64,000 bases of DNA from Ignavibacteriota bacterium (GTDB taxonomy: Bacteria > Bacteroidota > Ignavibacteria > Palsa-1295). The notes under the pieces were generated by a model. The model saw nothing but the letters and a program-made list of their open reading frames with translations, had not been told where the DNA came from and did no database searches. Positions 11,405 to 21,248 of the stretch are shown here, piece by piece. How positions within the stretch are numbered: the stretch's first letter is position 1; each line of letters opens with the position of its first letter. Where the stretch lies: NCBI GenBank assembly GCA_963787835.1, contig CAWBEI010000003.1, positions 288,001 to 352,000 of the forward strand, given 5' to 3'. A program made the translations under genes and the position numbers.

Positions 11405-13660
11405 GTGATACGAGATCAGATCCTCCAACTCCTTCGCGATCACCAGGGTGAACTTTTCAAAACGAATGAGATCTCGAAAATGCTCGCCATCAAATCCGAT
11501 AGCGAGCACAACCAAGATCTTCGGCGAACACTCGACGCCTTAGAACACGAAGGCACGATCATCCGTGGATCGCGCCGAAGGTATGGGTTACCAAAAATAG
11601 TTCTGACCGAGATCGAAGGTGAGCTGCATGTCAAATCCAATGGCAACGGTATTGTTACGCCATCCCCGGAGTTCGATATTGGCGATACCGTGCTCATTCG
11701 CGTTCGCAATATCCGCTCTGCCATGGATGGCGATATGGTGCGTGTTCACCTGTTCGCAGCAAAAAAAGGAGAACGCCCGCAGGGTGAAATCACAGAAATT
11801 CTTCGGAAAGCCGCGCATCGGATAATAGGAACCATCGAGCGTACCCGCCAGGGATTTTTTGTTCGCCCGGAAAGCGGCAAGATCAAGCGCGATATTTTTA
11901 TTGCCCGAAAAGATCTGCATGGCGCTCGTGAGGGCGACCGAGTTACGGTCGAGCTTTATGAATGGATCGATGAATATCTCCAACCCGAAGGCTTTGTATT
12001 GAACATGCTCGGTGCAGTGGCGAAAGAAGGGTTCTCCAATGCGGCGATCATCTCAGAGTACAATCTTCCCGAGCAGTTTCCAAGCGCCGTGCTTAAGGAA
12101 ACCGACAAGCTCGCTGACACCATACCAGAATCGGAGATCAAGAAACGGCTCGATCTTCGAGGCGAAACGATCTTTACCATCGATCCCGAGGATGCAAAGG
12201 ATTTCGACGATGCTGTTTCACTTACCGAGAACGATGACGGCACCGTTACCCTTGGCGTCCACATTGCCGATGTCAGCCATTATGTCCGGGAAGGTTCTGC
12301 ACTGGACCAAGAGGCACTCACTCGCGGCACCAGTGTATATCTTGTTGGCGGCGTGATCCCGATGCTTCCAGAGCGTATCTCGAACGAGCTTTGCTCCCTG
12401 CGGCCCGACGAGGACAAACTTGCCTATTCTGTCTTTCTTCGCATCGATCCGGAAACCGGAAAAGTGAAAAAAGCAGAGATGAAGAAAACCGTCATTCGAA
12501 GCGTCATGCGATTTTCCTATGAAGAAGCAGAAAAGCGAATCAACAGCGGACGTGGAAAACATGCGAAACTTCTACGGCAAATGCGCGCGCTAAGTCTTAA
12601 AATGTATGATCTTCGAAAAGAATCCGGTTCCATTGATTTCGAGTCTATGGAATACCGGTTTCGATTTGAAGGAGGCGAGCCGGTGGAATCCGTGCGAAAG
12701 GAGCGGCTTGGCTCCATGCGAATGATCGAAGATTTTATGCTGGCTGCCAACCGGGCTGTCGCCGAATTTATTACACGAAAGGCAAAGCAAGACAGTGAGC
12801 GGCCTTTCCTGTACCGTATCCATGCTGAACCGGACTCTGCCAAGATCCGTGAACTTGCTCAATTAGCAAAAACCCTCGGCTATAAATTATCTGCCGAGAA
12901 CCCTACACCTCGCGTCATTCAAAATTTCCTGGAGTCACTGAAAGGCAAACCGGAAGAACACTTACTCAATCAGCTCATGCTTCGCTCGATGGCTAAGGCT
13001 GTCTATGCCGAGCATAACGTAGGCCATTTTGGACTTGCCTTTTTACATTACACCCATTTTACTTCCCCGATCCGCCGCTACCCCGACCTTATCGTTCACC
13101 GGATGCTCGCCGAATATCAGCGACCTGGTGGAATGAACCGCGAACGCGAACATCATTATTATGAGATCCTTCCGGAGATCGCCGATCAGACCAGTGCGTC
13201 GGAACGTCATGCAACCGATGCAGAACGACAATCCATCAAGCTTGCACAAATTCACATTCTGAAGAAAAAGGTGGGGGACGATTTCGATGGCGTTATTTCC
13301 GGCGTAACCCATTTTGGGATTTTTGTAGCACTCGATTCAGGAGCAGAAGGTCTCGTACATATCCGGGAACTTCCCGGTTACTATGAATTCGATGAAGCGC
13401 ACTATGCGCTCATCGAACGGCATGGGCAATTCGGACCGAAGGGTGAAGGCCGAAGATTCCGCGTTGGTGACCAGCTACGCGTACAGTTAGTGAAAGTGCT
13501 CGAAGAGAAACGGCAGGTCGATTTTAGGTTAGCGGAGATCGATTATGCCGACGGCACCCGGCCGATCAACTTGCCGCCGCCACCTGCGTTGAAACAACGC
13601 GGGCGTTCCGTTGCCGGAGGACCTCGAAAAGAGCTACGCCACAAGCGACGCTCGCGTTAA
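11405..13660 (+). CDS. rnr: Ribonuclease R
   Basis: TIDPEDAKDFDDA, HFTSPIRRYPDL, cold-shock and S1 domains, basic tail. Confidence 0.96.
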   Translation: MIRDQILQLLRDHQGELFKTNEISKMLAIKSDSEHNQDLRRTLDALEHEGTIIRGSRRRYGLPKIVLTEIEGELHVKSNGNGIVTPSPEFDIGDTVLIRVRNIRSAMDGDMVRVHLFAAKKGERPQGEITEILRKAAHRIIGTIERTRQGFFVRPESGKIKRDIFIARKDLHGAREGDRVTVELYEWIDEYLQPEGFVLNMLGAVAKEGFSNAAIISEYNLPEQFPSAVLKETDKLADTIPESEIKKRLDLRGETIFTIDPEDAKDFDDAVSLTENDDGTVTLGVHIADVSHYVREGSALDQEALTRGTSVYLVGGVIPMLPERISNELCSLRPDEDKLAYSVFLRIDPETGKVKKAEMKKTVIRSVMRFSYEEAEKRINSGRGKHAKLLRQMRALSLKMYDLRKESGSIDFESMEYRFRFEGGEPVESVRKERLGSMRMIEDFMLAANRAVAEFITRKAKQDSERPFLYRIHAEPDSAKIRELAQLAKTLGYKLSAENPTPRVIQNFLESLKGKPEEHLLNQLMLRSMAKAVYAEHNVGHFGLAFLHYTHFTSPIRRYPDLIVHRMLAEYQRPGGMNREREHHYYEILPEIADQTSASERHATDAERQSIKLAQIHILKKKVGDDFDGVISGVTHFGIFVALDSGAEGLVHIRELPGYYEFDEAHYALIERHGQFGPKGEGRRFRVGDQLRVQLVKVLEEKRQVDFRLAEIDYADGTRPINLPPPPALKQRGRSVAGGPRKELRHKRRSR

Positions 13661-14348
13661 GCGAAGCAGTTTTTCCGAACATCGGAATGGCCGCTAACTT
13701 TTCGCATCGCTCCCTTACTAAGCGATGTAAGCCTTTTTCTTCGCTGCCAATAATGAGACAAATGGGTCCGATAAGATTGATTTCGTAAATTGACTCGGTC
13801 GCTTCACCGGCAAGCCCACAGCAGGTTACGCCAAATTCCTCCTGCAATTTGCGGATCGTTTCGGCGAGATTGCCATATTTCACGATCGGCAAGTGGTTTG
13901 CCGCACCTGCACTGGCTTTATAGACGGCCGGTGTCAGCACAGCTCCACGTTTGGGTAAAAGAACGGCCGTCGCGCCAGCTGCTTCCGCAGAACGAATGAT
14001 CGCACCGATATTGTGCGGATCTTCAATGCCATCGAGTGCAACAAGGATGGGATTCGAATTCTGTGCAAGCACAGCTTCCAACTCCTGATAGCCGCGTTGT
14101 GCAATGAGTACGATCACTCCTTGCGAATCCTCGTCGCGCGCCACACGGCTCTCCAGTTCCCGGAATTTGCCACGATCCACTTCACTGAATGCGATCCTAT
14201 TAGTTCGTAATAAATGAAGAAGCTCCCCTATCTGCGGTCCGTGGTTCCCATGCGCGATATAGACCTTCTCAATTCTGGTACGCGAGGCATCGTCGCGCAG
14301 TAATTCGAGCGCGGCGCGTCGGCCAACAATATATTCGCTATCCGTCAT
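13566..14348 (-). CDS. rlmB: 23S rRNA (Gm2251) 2'-O-methyltransferase RlmB
   Basis: DPHNIGAIIRSA, GSEEKG, SLNASVA SPOUT motifs. Confidence 0.92.
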   Translation of the reverse strand: MTDSEYIVGRRAALELLRDDASRTRIEKVYIAHGNHGPQIGELLHLLRTNRIAFSEVDRGKFRELESRVARDEDSQGVIVLIAQRGYQELEAVLAQNSNPILVALDGIEDPHNIGAIIRSAEAAGATAVLLPKRGAVLTPAVYKASAGAANHLPIVKYGNLAETIRKLQEEFGVTCCGLAGEATESIYEINLIGPICLIIGSEEKGLHRLVRERCEKLAAIPMFGKTASLNASVACGVALFEVLRQRNARVVSTQVAAAS

Positions 14349-14352
14349 CGTG

Positions 14353-14922
14353 TTATTTTATTATTTCGAGTTCCGGTAATGCTCGTTGTGGACCGAAGTG
14401 CTGGAGCAGCGCATCCACAGCAGTTTCTGGTGTATCGTGATATTGAATAAGATGCAGCCATGGCGCAAATTGCGGCTCACTGCTAACATAATCAACAAAT
14501 CCCTTCCAGTTTTCACCTATGAGAAGGATCGGCTTATGGGGCAGAAATCCTTTCGTCAGAAAATCCCAGGCCATTGCAATCTCGGCGAGCGTTCCGGTTG
14601 AATTCCCTATTGCGGTCCACGCATCCGGCAAGTCCAGCAATTCCATCAAACGGTCTGTCGCGCTTTTCACGCGTACCTCGCGAGATAAATAAGAATTCCC
14701 TTCGCGACCACGAGCATAATAAACTTCAGCGGTCACGCCGATAGCAATCCCGCCGGACTCTCGCGCGCCTTTCGATGCTGCTTCCATGATGCCATCGTAC
14801 CCACCGGTCACCACCCCGAATCCTGCATTAGCGAGCAAGCTTCCAAATCGCTTCGCCTCGCGATAAAGAGGATCGGTTGCTATAATGTTTCCAGGCCCGA
14901 ATACTGCGATAAGTTTTTTCAT
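14353..14922 (-). CDS. LOG family (lysine decarboxylase-like) protein
   Basis: TGGYDGIMEAASKGA, GTLAEI motifs. Confidence 0.8.
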   Translation of the reverse strand: MKKLIAVFGPGNIIATDPLYREAKRFGSLLANAGFGVVTGGYDGIMEAASKGARESGGIAIGVTAEVYYARGREGNSYLSREVRVKSATDRLMELLDLPDAWTAIGNSTGTLAEIAMAWDFLTKGFLPHKPILLIGENWKGFVDYVSSEPQFAPWLHLIQYHDTPETAVDALLQHFGPQRALPELEIIK

Positions 14923-17144
14923 TAGTCAAGAAAAGCCCAAACGACATCCAGCCGCCAGTGGAAACCATTGCGCGGATACAGCGTGGTGCTGTAATCCGGA
15001 GCGCCGAGAACATTCAGGAACTCCATGCTTACCTGCGCGCGCCGATCGACCTCCGCCGATAGCAGAACATCGAAGATCGGCTGTATTACGTTCAGCCTGG
15101 AATCGTACGACTGGATCTTTTCCAGGGCAGAATCCCCTACCACGGAATACGCGTAACCTCGATAGACATAATAATCGGACGCTGGGTCATAGGAGATCTG
15201 CGGATCGAGCTGGCTAATGAAACGCACTCGCGGGCCGACTATGAACCGAAGGTTCCCTTCACCGACCTCATTCTCGAAATAGAGACCGGTGTTACCAAAG
15301 AACCTGTTTGGAAGATCACCCTCAAGCGCTGGTGTAATAGTGTACGGTGTAATAGGAACATTCTTGGGGAAATACGTGATAGCGGATCCCCAATGAAACT
15401 TGGAAATATATCCATCGAAAGCCAGCGTATAGGATTGAGAATGAAGATCGTTATTCGAAAAAATGGGGAGGGTATGATTGATGTCGTTCGGATAGGGATA
15501 CACGATACCCTCCGGTTCATGACGGTCGAGGAAACCAGCGTGAAGCGCAAGGCTATCATGGGCTGCAAATGCAAAATGTGCATCGAACCAGCCACCGAGA
15601 TTCCGCAATTGATACGTCTCGCCGGGATTCGGACTGAGCGTTGCGCGGTCCATTGAATACTGGTAGCTTGCGTGGAACGAAATAGCATCCGTGATGCCGA
15701 TCGAGCCGCTAAGTCCAGCCGAAGGCAATACTGCTGCGGAAAGCGGCCCTCCTCCGATCGACAAATTCGACTCAACCGTCCTCACAAAACCAAAAAGAGA
15801 AATTCGGAGTGCAGTTTTTAGCGCAAGTGAATCGCTCGCCGTTGCGGAGAGACGTGTCTCCGTGATGGGCCGCGTATAAGTAAAGACCGAATCCTTGGCG
15901 ATGCGTTCGGCATCGCCGCGAACGTTCGCGCTCGTCATGAAATCACCGATGGCGAGCCGAAGCGGCTGTTCGAGCATAAGCCCGAAGCGGGAACCTTGCG
16001 AAGAACTCGAAACAAACGATGGGAATGTGCTGGCAGGCGATAAAATGGTGCGGGTTTCTAACGAGGCATAACCGGCAAGCTCGGTCCGTGCCTCGGCGAG
16101 GAGCGGCATTTGAAGTTCGACGAGCGCGTCGGCGCGCGTGCGATGGTCGAACGTGCTATCGTCACGCACCTGCGCATTGACCTGATCAAACACGTCACTG
16201 GAATCGGTCGCACCAATTCCGTTATTAAGGCCGCTAAAGGCAGAGCTGTATTGCGCCCAGATGAGCAGATCGAGCGTTTTTGCGCGCGCTGCCGGCGTTG
16301 CAAGAATGGAATCGATCTTATGCTCGGTCATGGTGCTATCGGTGGGAAGCGTTCCGAGATATTTATCGATCGACATTTGCCCACGCGCGCTCCAGGTATC
16401 CGTTCGCGGATTGAAGGAAAGGTCGTATGGCACCGGAGTCGAGCCAGAAGTGTGCCGCGAGATCGCGAACGTCAGATTCGTAGCACGGGAAGCATTCAGA
16501 CTGAACAAACCATCGAAATTAGAATTATCGCGTGCCAGATCCTGCGTAAAATGAATGCGGGAGTAAGGAACCGGCGCGCGAAACCGCTCTATCGTAAAAT
16601 TAACATCGTCGCTGGACGCAAAATCTGCACCGGTCATCGATGCTCCTTCCGCACCACTGTTCATGCGAATACTGCTATACACATCGATCGGGAAATAATT
16701 CATCATCGTCACGCCATTGAGGATGCTGTTCATCGGCAGGACGTCATCCATGGATGTCGAGGCGATATCCTCGCTCGTGCGCGAAGTCATCACAAAGGAC
16801 TCTCGCCCGTAACCCTCATCCGAGAGCACCAGCGGATATGGCCCGCCCGACTCCTCGAACAATTCCGGAACGGTGTTCTGCGTACCGTAATAACGCATGG
16901 CCTCGTTGGAGTAAAACAGATTGCCGCCATCGCGCTGCACTTGCGGCTTGCGCCACAATCCATTCTCGGGCTTTGGTGAGTATGGCAGCGTGGAATCACC
17001 ACCCTGCCGTTGTGAAGGTATTTTCGCGGTATCCATCCCAGGAACGGGCAAGGCGCGGATAGTATCCGAACCGATCGGAGTTTGCGCGCGAACGCTTGCC
17101 GCCATTAGGCAGATAAAGAGAAGAAGAAGTGGCGTGATACGCAA
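14922..17144 (-). CDS. Putative outer-membrane beta-barrel/porin-like protein
   Basis: Signal peptide, amphipathic beta-strands, C-terminal WAFLD. Confidence 0.6.
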   Translation of the reverse strand: MRITPLLLLFICLMAASVRAQTPIGSDTIRALPVPGMDTAKIPSQRQGGDSTLPYSPKPENGLWRKPQVQRDGGNLFYSNEAMRYYGTQNTVPELFEESGGPYPLVLSDEGYGRESFVMTSRTSEDIASTSMDDVLPMNSILNGVTMMNYFPIDVYSSIRMNSGAEGASMTGADFASSDDVNFTIERFRAPVPYSRIHFTQDLARDNSNFDGLFSLNASRATNLTFAISRHTSGSTPVPYDLSFNPRTDTWSARGQMSIDKYLGTLPTDSTMTEHKIDSILATPAARAKTLDLLIWAQYSSAFSGLNNGIGATDSSDVFDQVNAQVRDDSTFDHRTRADALVELQMPLLAEARTELAGYASLETRTILSPASTFPSFVSSSSQGSRFGLMLEQPLRLAIGDFMTSANVRGDAERIAKDSVFTYTRPITETRLSATASDSLALKTALRISLFGFVRTVESNLSIGGGPLSAAVLPSAGLSGSIGITDAISFHASYQYSMDRATLSPNPGETYQLRNLGGWFDAHFAFAAHDSLALHAGFLDRHEPEGIVYPYPNDINHTLPIFSNNDLHSQSYTLAFDGYISKFHWGSAITYFPKNVPITPYTITPALEGDLPNRFFGNTGLYFENEVGEGNLRFIVGPRVRFISQLDPQISYDPASDYYVYRGYAYSVVGDSALEKIQSYDSRLNVIQPIFDVLLSAEVDRRAQVSMEFLNVLGAPDYSTTLYPRNGFHWRLDVVWAFLD

Positions 17145-17256
17145 TGTGTGGAGGCGGTTGCTTTCTAAGTCCCACTCTAACGAAGGCAGCGGCAGATTGT
17201 TTTCGTCACTGTGAAAACGACTTTAGGCGTGTTAAGTGTTCACTAATACCGCAAAC

Positions 17257-17321
17257 GGTGTGTACACTGGGTTTTAACCCGGTGCAGAATTTCCCACCGG
17301 ATTGGAACCCGGTGTACACCC
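17257..17321. repeat. GTAC-flanked REP-like doublet, copy 1
   Basis: GTGTACACTGGGTTTTAACCCGGTG...CACCGGATTGGAACCCGGTGTACAC; related copy at 24715-24790. Confidence 0.7.
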
Positions 17322-17333
17322 AGCTATAATATT

Positions 17334-19613
17334 ATGAGAGCTTTCCTTCAACGCACGCTCTTTGTTCTTCTAACACTGCTCGCGGCGCGAGGGGATGGGT
17401 TGCATGCACAGTGGAAGATCGTAGCGCCGAATGTGGTTGCTCCAAATCCACAGGGAAACCAAGGTTATGGCGCAATGACATTTAAAGATGGAATTTTATG
17501 GGCTGGATTTTATAATCTCGCCTATAGCACTGATACTGGACGAAACTGGACAACTACGAGCTTACGAATTGATCAAATTAACGACATTTCATTCCTAAAT
17601 AGGGACAGTGGAATTATTGCTTCTACCTCTGGAACACTCCAAACTATTGACGGCGGAAATTCTTGGACATCAATTTTGGGACTTGGTTATGGTTTCAGAA
17701 TAATCTATGCCTCATCAACAGTACTATTTCAAAATAATGAAGGGTATGATTTTTATTCATCGCTAGACGGTGGACGAACATGGCGGCGAGCTAATTTAGG
17801 ATTTCCTACAGGAAATTCGTTTGCACTTGGTGCGGACGGAACGATATTATTGCTTGCTGGATCTGTCCCTAATTCCAGTCCTGCATTGAACGATGTCCTT
17901 ATAAGTAAGGATTCTGGAACAATATGGACCCAGGAGCCAGGTTTAGTTCAGTATGACAGCTGGTCAATTGATATGGATTCATGCCAAACGAATCTTTATG
18001 TTGAAAGTGAAGATTATTTTGATCCTGAAAGCCCTGACGACAGCACATCCACTCTATACTCAAGTAGCGATGGGGGAGAAACCTGGATAATAGGATTTGC
18101 ACATCATGTGCCATATTTGACAGGTGCTTTCTCCGAATCTAAGAATGCTCAGTTCGCATTGGCTTTAAACGATGGGGTTCTTCGCTCAACAGATCACGGA
18201 ATGACATGGATTAATATCGGGGGTCCTCCGGGATGTGTCGTAGACAGTCGAACGATTTGCGCTGTTAATGATAATATTCTTTTTGTTTTAGATTCTGCAG
18301 GGAATGTTTGGGGAACGTTCAATAGTGGTGGAGATTCTATTCTTTCTTCAAAACCATTTTTCGCGTCGCCCTACACCTTGTTTCAAATGGATACTGTCCG
18401 TTGCGACAGCATAACACGATCCACTGTTTTTACAAGACTTGGGTGCGATCCTCCTATTGCTATGTCTTCAAAAATAGTTGGACCGGATTCAGCAAGTTTT
18501 ACCGTGAGCAATTTTTCAGATGACTCTATTCAAGTGACCCTACATGGGACGCAGCAAGGCAGTAAACATGCCCTCATGATTCTTTCGATTGATAATGGTT
18601 CAAGCGATACAATTACACTTGCAGGCTTTGTCAATATTCCACCAGATAATTTGACCCTCTCAACAACGGAATTGTTCGGAACCGATTCAATCTCCTGCGA
18701 TACCATTACTCGTTCGCTTATTTATAACAATGGGGGGTGTTCCGCATTGTCTGTAGCGAGCAGTTCAATAATTGGTGCAGATTCGGCAAGTTTTAAAGCC
18801 AACAATCTCTCATCTGATTCAATATCTGTAGCGCTCTATGGCATTAAACAAGGCAATCAACATGCTCTGTTACTCTTAAATCTCAATAATGGCTCAAGCG
18901 ACACAGTCTCTCTTGCTGGCTATGTTAATCTTATTCCTTCTGCAATCACCCTCTCTACCCAAAACGTCCAAACCGATGTCGTTGGCGGGACTGTCTCGGT
19001 TCCCATAACACTCGTCAATTTGGAACGTCCGGAGAATGTCAATCTCATTCTCCATTACGATACCATACTCCAATATCAAGGTTCATTCAATGCGGCGAAT
19101 GTGAAGTTGGATATTCCTAACGAGCAGTGGCCAGGGCACTCGGAGCTAAATATCCCGCAGGCGCAATCGGGTGTGATCGCGGGCTACGCGCGCTTCACCG
19201 TCTTCGCGGATTCGGTTGCAAAACCGCAAGTTACATTCGATTCGCTGGATGTTCTCTCAGCGGTTTCTCCGTGCGAATACACACTGCCTGCACCGGCAAC
19301 GAGCATCATCACTCCGCCATACGGCTGCGGAACGACAATCCTTTCGCAATTTATAGAAGATAGTGATCGGCTAATACTCAGCATTCGCCCAAATCCAACA
19401 ATGGGCGATGTCGAGCTAACCTCCTCGCTCGATCTCGGCAATGCCGAAGTTGAAATTTATGATGTCCTCGGAGTTAAACGCGCAGATCTATGGGTCACCC
19501 TCTCGAAAGACGCACCCGCGCAATTTTCGCTGCCGGATGGCGCGGGTATTTATTATATTCGCATCAATTCCACAGTGGGCGTTCGTAGCATGAGTGGGGT
19601 TGTAGCGAAGTGA
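17334..19613 (+). CDS. T9SS cargo: BNR/Asp-box beta-propeller protein with tandem Ig-like repeats and CTD
   Basis: Multiple SxDxGxxW Asp-boxes, duplicated ~95 aa unit, C-terminal RPNP...IYDVLG...GIYYIRI. Confidence 0.85.
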   Translation: MRAFLQRTLFVLLTLLAARGDGLHAQWKIVAPNVVAPNPQGNQGYGAMTFKDGILWAGFYNLAYSTDTGRNWTTTSLRIDQINDISFLNRDSGIIASTSGTLQTIDGGNSWTSILGLGYGFRIIYASSTVLFQNNEGYDFYSSLDGGRTWRRANLGFPTGNSFALGADGTILLLAGSVPNSSPALNDVLISKDSGTIWTQEPGLVQYDSWSIDMDSCQTNLYVESEDYFDPESPDDSTSTLYSSSDGGETWIIGFAHHVPYLTGAFSESKNAQFALALNDGVLRSTDHGMTWINIGGPPGCVVDSRTICAVNDNILFVLDSAGNVWGTFNSGGDSILSSKPFFASPYTLFQMDTVRCDSITRSTVFTRLGCDPPIAMSSKIVGPDSASFTVSNFSDDSIQVTLHGTQQGSKHALMILSIDNGSSDTITLAGFVNIPPDNLTLSTTELFGTDSISCDTITRSLIYNNGGCSALSVASSSIIGADSASFKANNLSSDSISVALYGIKQGNQHALLLLNLNNGSSDTVSLAGYVNLIPSAITLSTQNVQTDVVGGTVSVPITLVNLERPENVNLILHYDTILQYQGSFNAANVKLDIPNEQWPGHSELNIPQAQSGVIAGYARFTVFADSVAKPQVTFDSLDVLSAVSPCEYTLPAPATSIITPPYGCGTTILSQFIEDSDRLILSIRPNPTMGDVELTSSLDLGNAEVEIYDVLGVKRADLWVTLSKDAPAQFSLPDGAGIYYIRINSTVGVRSMSGVVAK

Positions 19614-19623
19614 TCGAGGGGGT

Positions 19624-19682
19624 GTCGGGCTGGAAGCACCGACCTACGCGAGGGAAAACGGACGTGCGCAGCACGTCCCTAC
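19624..19682 (-). repeat. Two GTAG-type REP-like hairpins
   Basis: Minus strand reads GTAGGGACGTGCTGCGCACGTCC and GTAGGTCGGTGCTTCCAGCCCGAC. Confidence 0.6.
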
Positions 19683-19717
19683 GGTTATCGGATTTTCAAA
19701 AATATTTTTGCATTTAC

Positions 19718-19746
19718 CTGACTTCGGCGTTTTAAGTGCGTATATT
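19718..19746 (+). promoter_or_regulatory. Sigma70-type promoter of element copy 1
   Basis: CTGACT-17 nt-TATATT, position-homologous to TTGACA-17-TATATT in copy 2. Confidence 0.6.
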
Positions 19747-19754
19747 AGTATCTA

Positions 19755-19956
19755 CTTTGATAGGCACCTATATCAATTCCCGTTAAGAATTGAGAATTAA
19801 ACGTAGGTGCTACATTTGCTCTTTGAAAACCGTTGACATTAGTGTTCGTTATGAACGAGTTCTCTGTGAAAAGAATTTGTTGCAACAAATGGCGAAAACG
19901 GCTTGGAAATGACAGTTCATCGGGAACTCACAAGAAAGAAAAATGGCACCTATTTC
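19755..19956 (+). ncRNA. Candidate structured ncRNA/leader element, copy 1 (unknown family)
   Basis: Shares 22, 20, 20 and 16 nt identical blocks with the inverted copy at 24419-24640; GCACCTA/TAGGTGC hairpin and GAGTTCTC/GGGAACTC stem. Confidence 0.5.
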
Positions 19957-20027
19957 TGGTTGAAAAACAAAATAAAATTCAGGCGTAATCAAACGAGTAC
20001 ACCATGAATAGGTGTTAGCTGAGTTCT

Positions 20028-21248
20028 ATGGATTCACCAAGTCCCCTTTCCCCACGGATGATCACTCATCCTCTTCGCATCGCTCTTTTTGGCTCTACCG
20101 GCTCGATCGGCGTGAACACGCTGGATGTGGTGCGGCGGAATCCGGATCGGTTTGCGGTCACCGCGCTTGCGGCACACCGAAATATCGATGTACTTGCTGC
20201 GCAGATCGCGGAGTTTCATCCGAAGGCGGTTGCCGTCAGCGATCTTGACGCAGCGAAGGAATTGCGATCAAGGAATCCGGGATGTGAAGTTCTTGCTGGC
20301 CCGGAAGGACTCGTTGAACTTGCGCGGCGCGGCGAGTATGATACATTCGTTGGTGCGCTTGTCGGGTTTGCCGGGCTTGCCCCAACCGTCGAAGCAATTA
20401 AACTCGGCAAACGCATTGCATTGGCAAATAAAGAGACGCTCGTTGTTGCCGGAGAACTTCTTTCGAGCATTGCGGAACGTTCGGGAAGCGAGATCCTTCC
20501 CATCGATTCGGAGCATTCTGCGATTTATCAATGCCTCGTCGGTGAATCTCGCGAGAGTATTCGAAGAATAATCCTCACCGCAAGCGGAGGGCCATTTCGA
20601 ACGCTATCGAAGGAATTATTTCCCAAGATATTGCCGGAAGCAGCGCTTCGGCATCCAAAATGGATCATGGGCAAGAAGATAACTATCGATTCTGCTACGC
20701 TGATGAACAAAGGGCTTGAGATCATCGAAGCAAAGTGGCTATTTGGGGTTCCGCTCTCAAAGATCGACGTGATCGTTCATCCGCAGTCGATCGTCCATTC
20801 CTTTGTGGAATTGGTTGATGGAAGCATAAAAGCACAACTTGCCATGCCAGATATGCGTCAGCCGATCCAGTATGCACTTGCTGCACCCGAGCGATTGAAT
20901 GAATCCTATAGCCTGCTGGATCTTGCTACCAGCGGCCCGCTGGAATTCTTCCCGCCGGAATACGATAAATTCCCTTGCCTGACACTCGCTCGTAAGGCCG
21001 GTGAATGCGGTGGCCTTTCCCCCTGCATTCTGAACGCGGCGAACGAAGTTGCGGTGGAGGCATTCCTCGATCGTCAGATCTCATTTACGCAAATAGCCGA
21101 TCTTATAGAATCCGCAATGGATGCCCCCGAGCTTAATGCTTCAGCGATAGCAACTGAGGAACATGCTGCACTCGCTCAAATCATTTCATGCGATGCGGAG
21201 ACTCGGAAGTGGGCAACGCATCATTTACCATCGGTTTCCAGATCTTAA
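20028..21248 (+). CDS. dxr: 1-deoxy-D-xylulose-5-phosphate reductoisomerase
   Basis: GSTGSIG, LANKETLV, PIDSEHSA, LTASGGPF, ITIDSATLMNKGLE; start may be ATG 20058. Confidence 0.97.
   Translation: MDSPSPLSPRMITHPLRIALFGSTGSIGVNTLDVVRRNPDRFAVTALAAHRNIDVLAAQIAEFHPKAVAVSDLDAAKELRSRNPGCEVLAGPEGLVELARRGEYDTFVGALVGFAGLAPTVEAIKLGKRIALANKETLVVAGELLSSIAERSGSEILPIDSEHSAIYQCLVGESRESIRRIILTASGGPFRTLSKELFPKILPEAALRHPKWIMGKKITIDSATLMNKGLEIIEAKWLFGVPLSKIDVIVHPQSIVHSFVELVDGSIKAQLAMPDMRQPIQYALAAPERLNESYSLLDLATSGPLEFFPPEYDKFPCLTLARKAGECGGLSPCILNAANEVAVEAFLDRQISFTQIADLIESAMDAPELNASAIATEEHAALAQIISCDAETRKWATHHLPSVSRS

Noticed and set aside
19851-19988. 45-aa ORF (MNEFSVKRICC...) inside element copy 1
   Set aside because: The homologous frame in copy 2 stops after 10 codons.
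19755-20016. CRISPR array or 6S RNA interpretation of the duplicated element
   Set aside because: No regularly spaced direct repeats or cas genes; no 6S-like conserved motifs that I can recognise.
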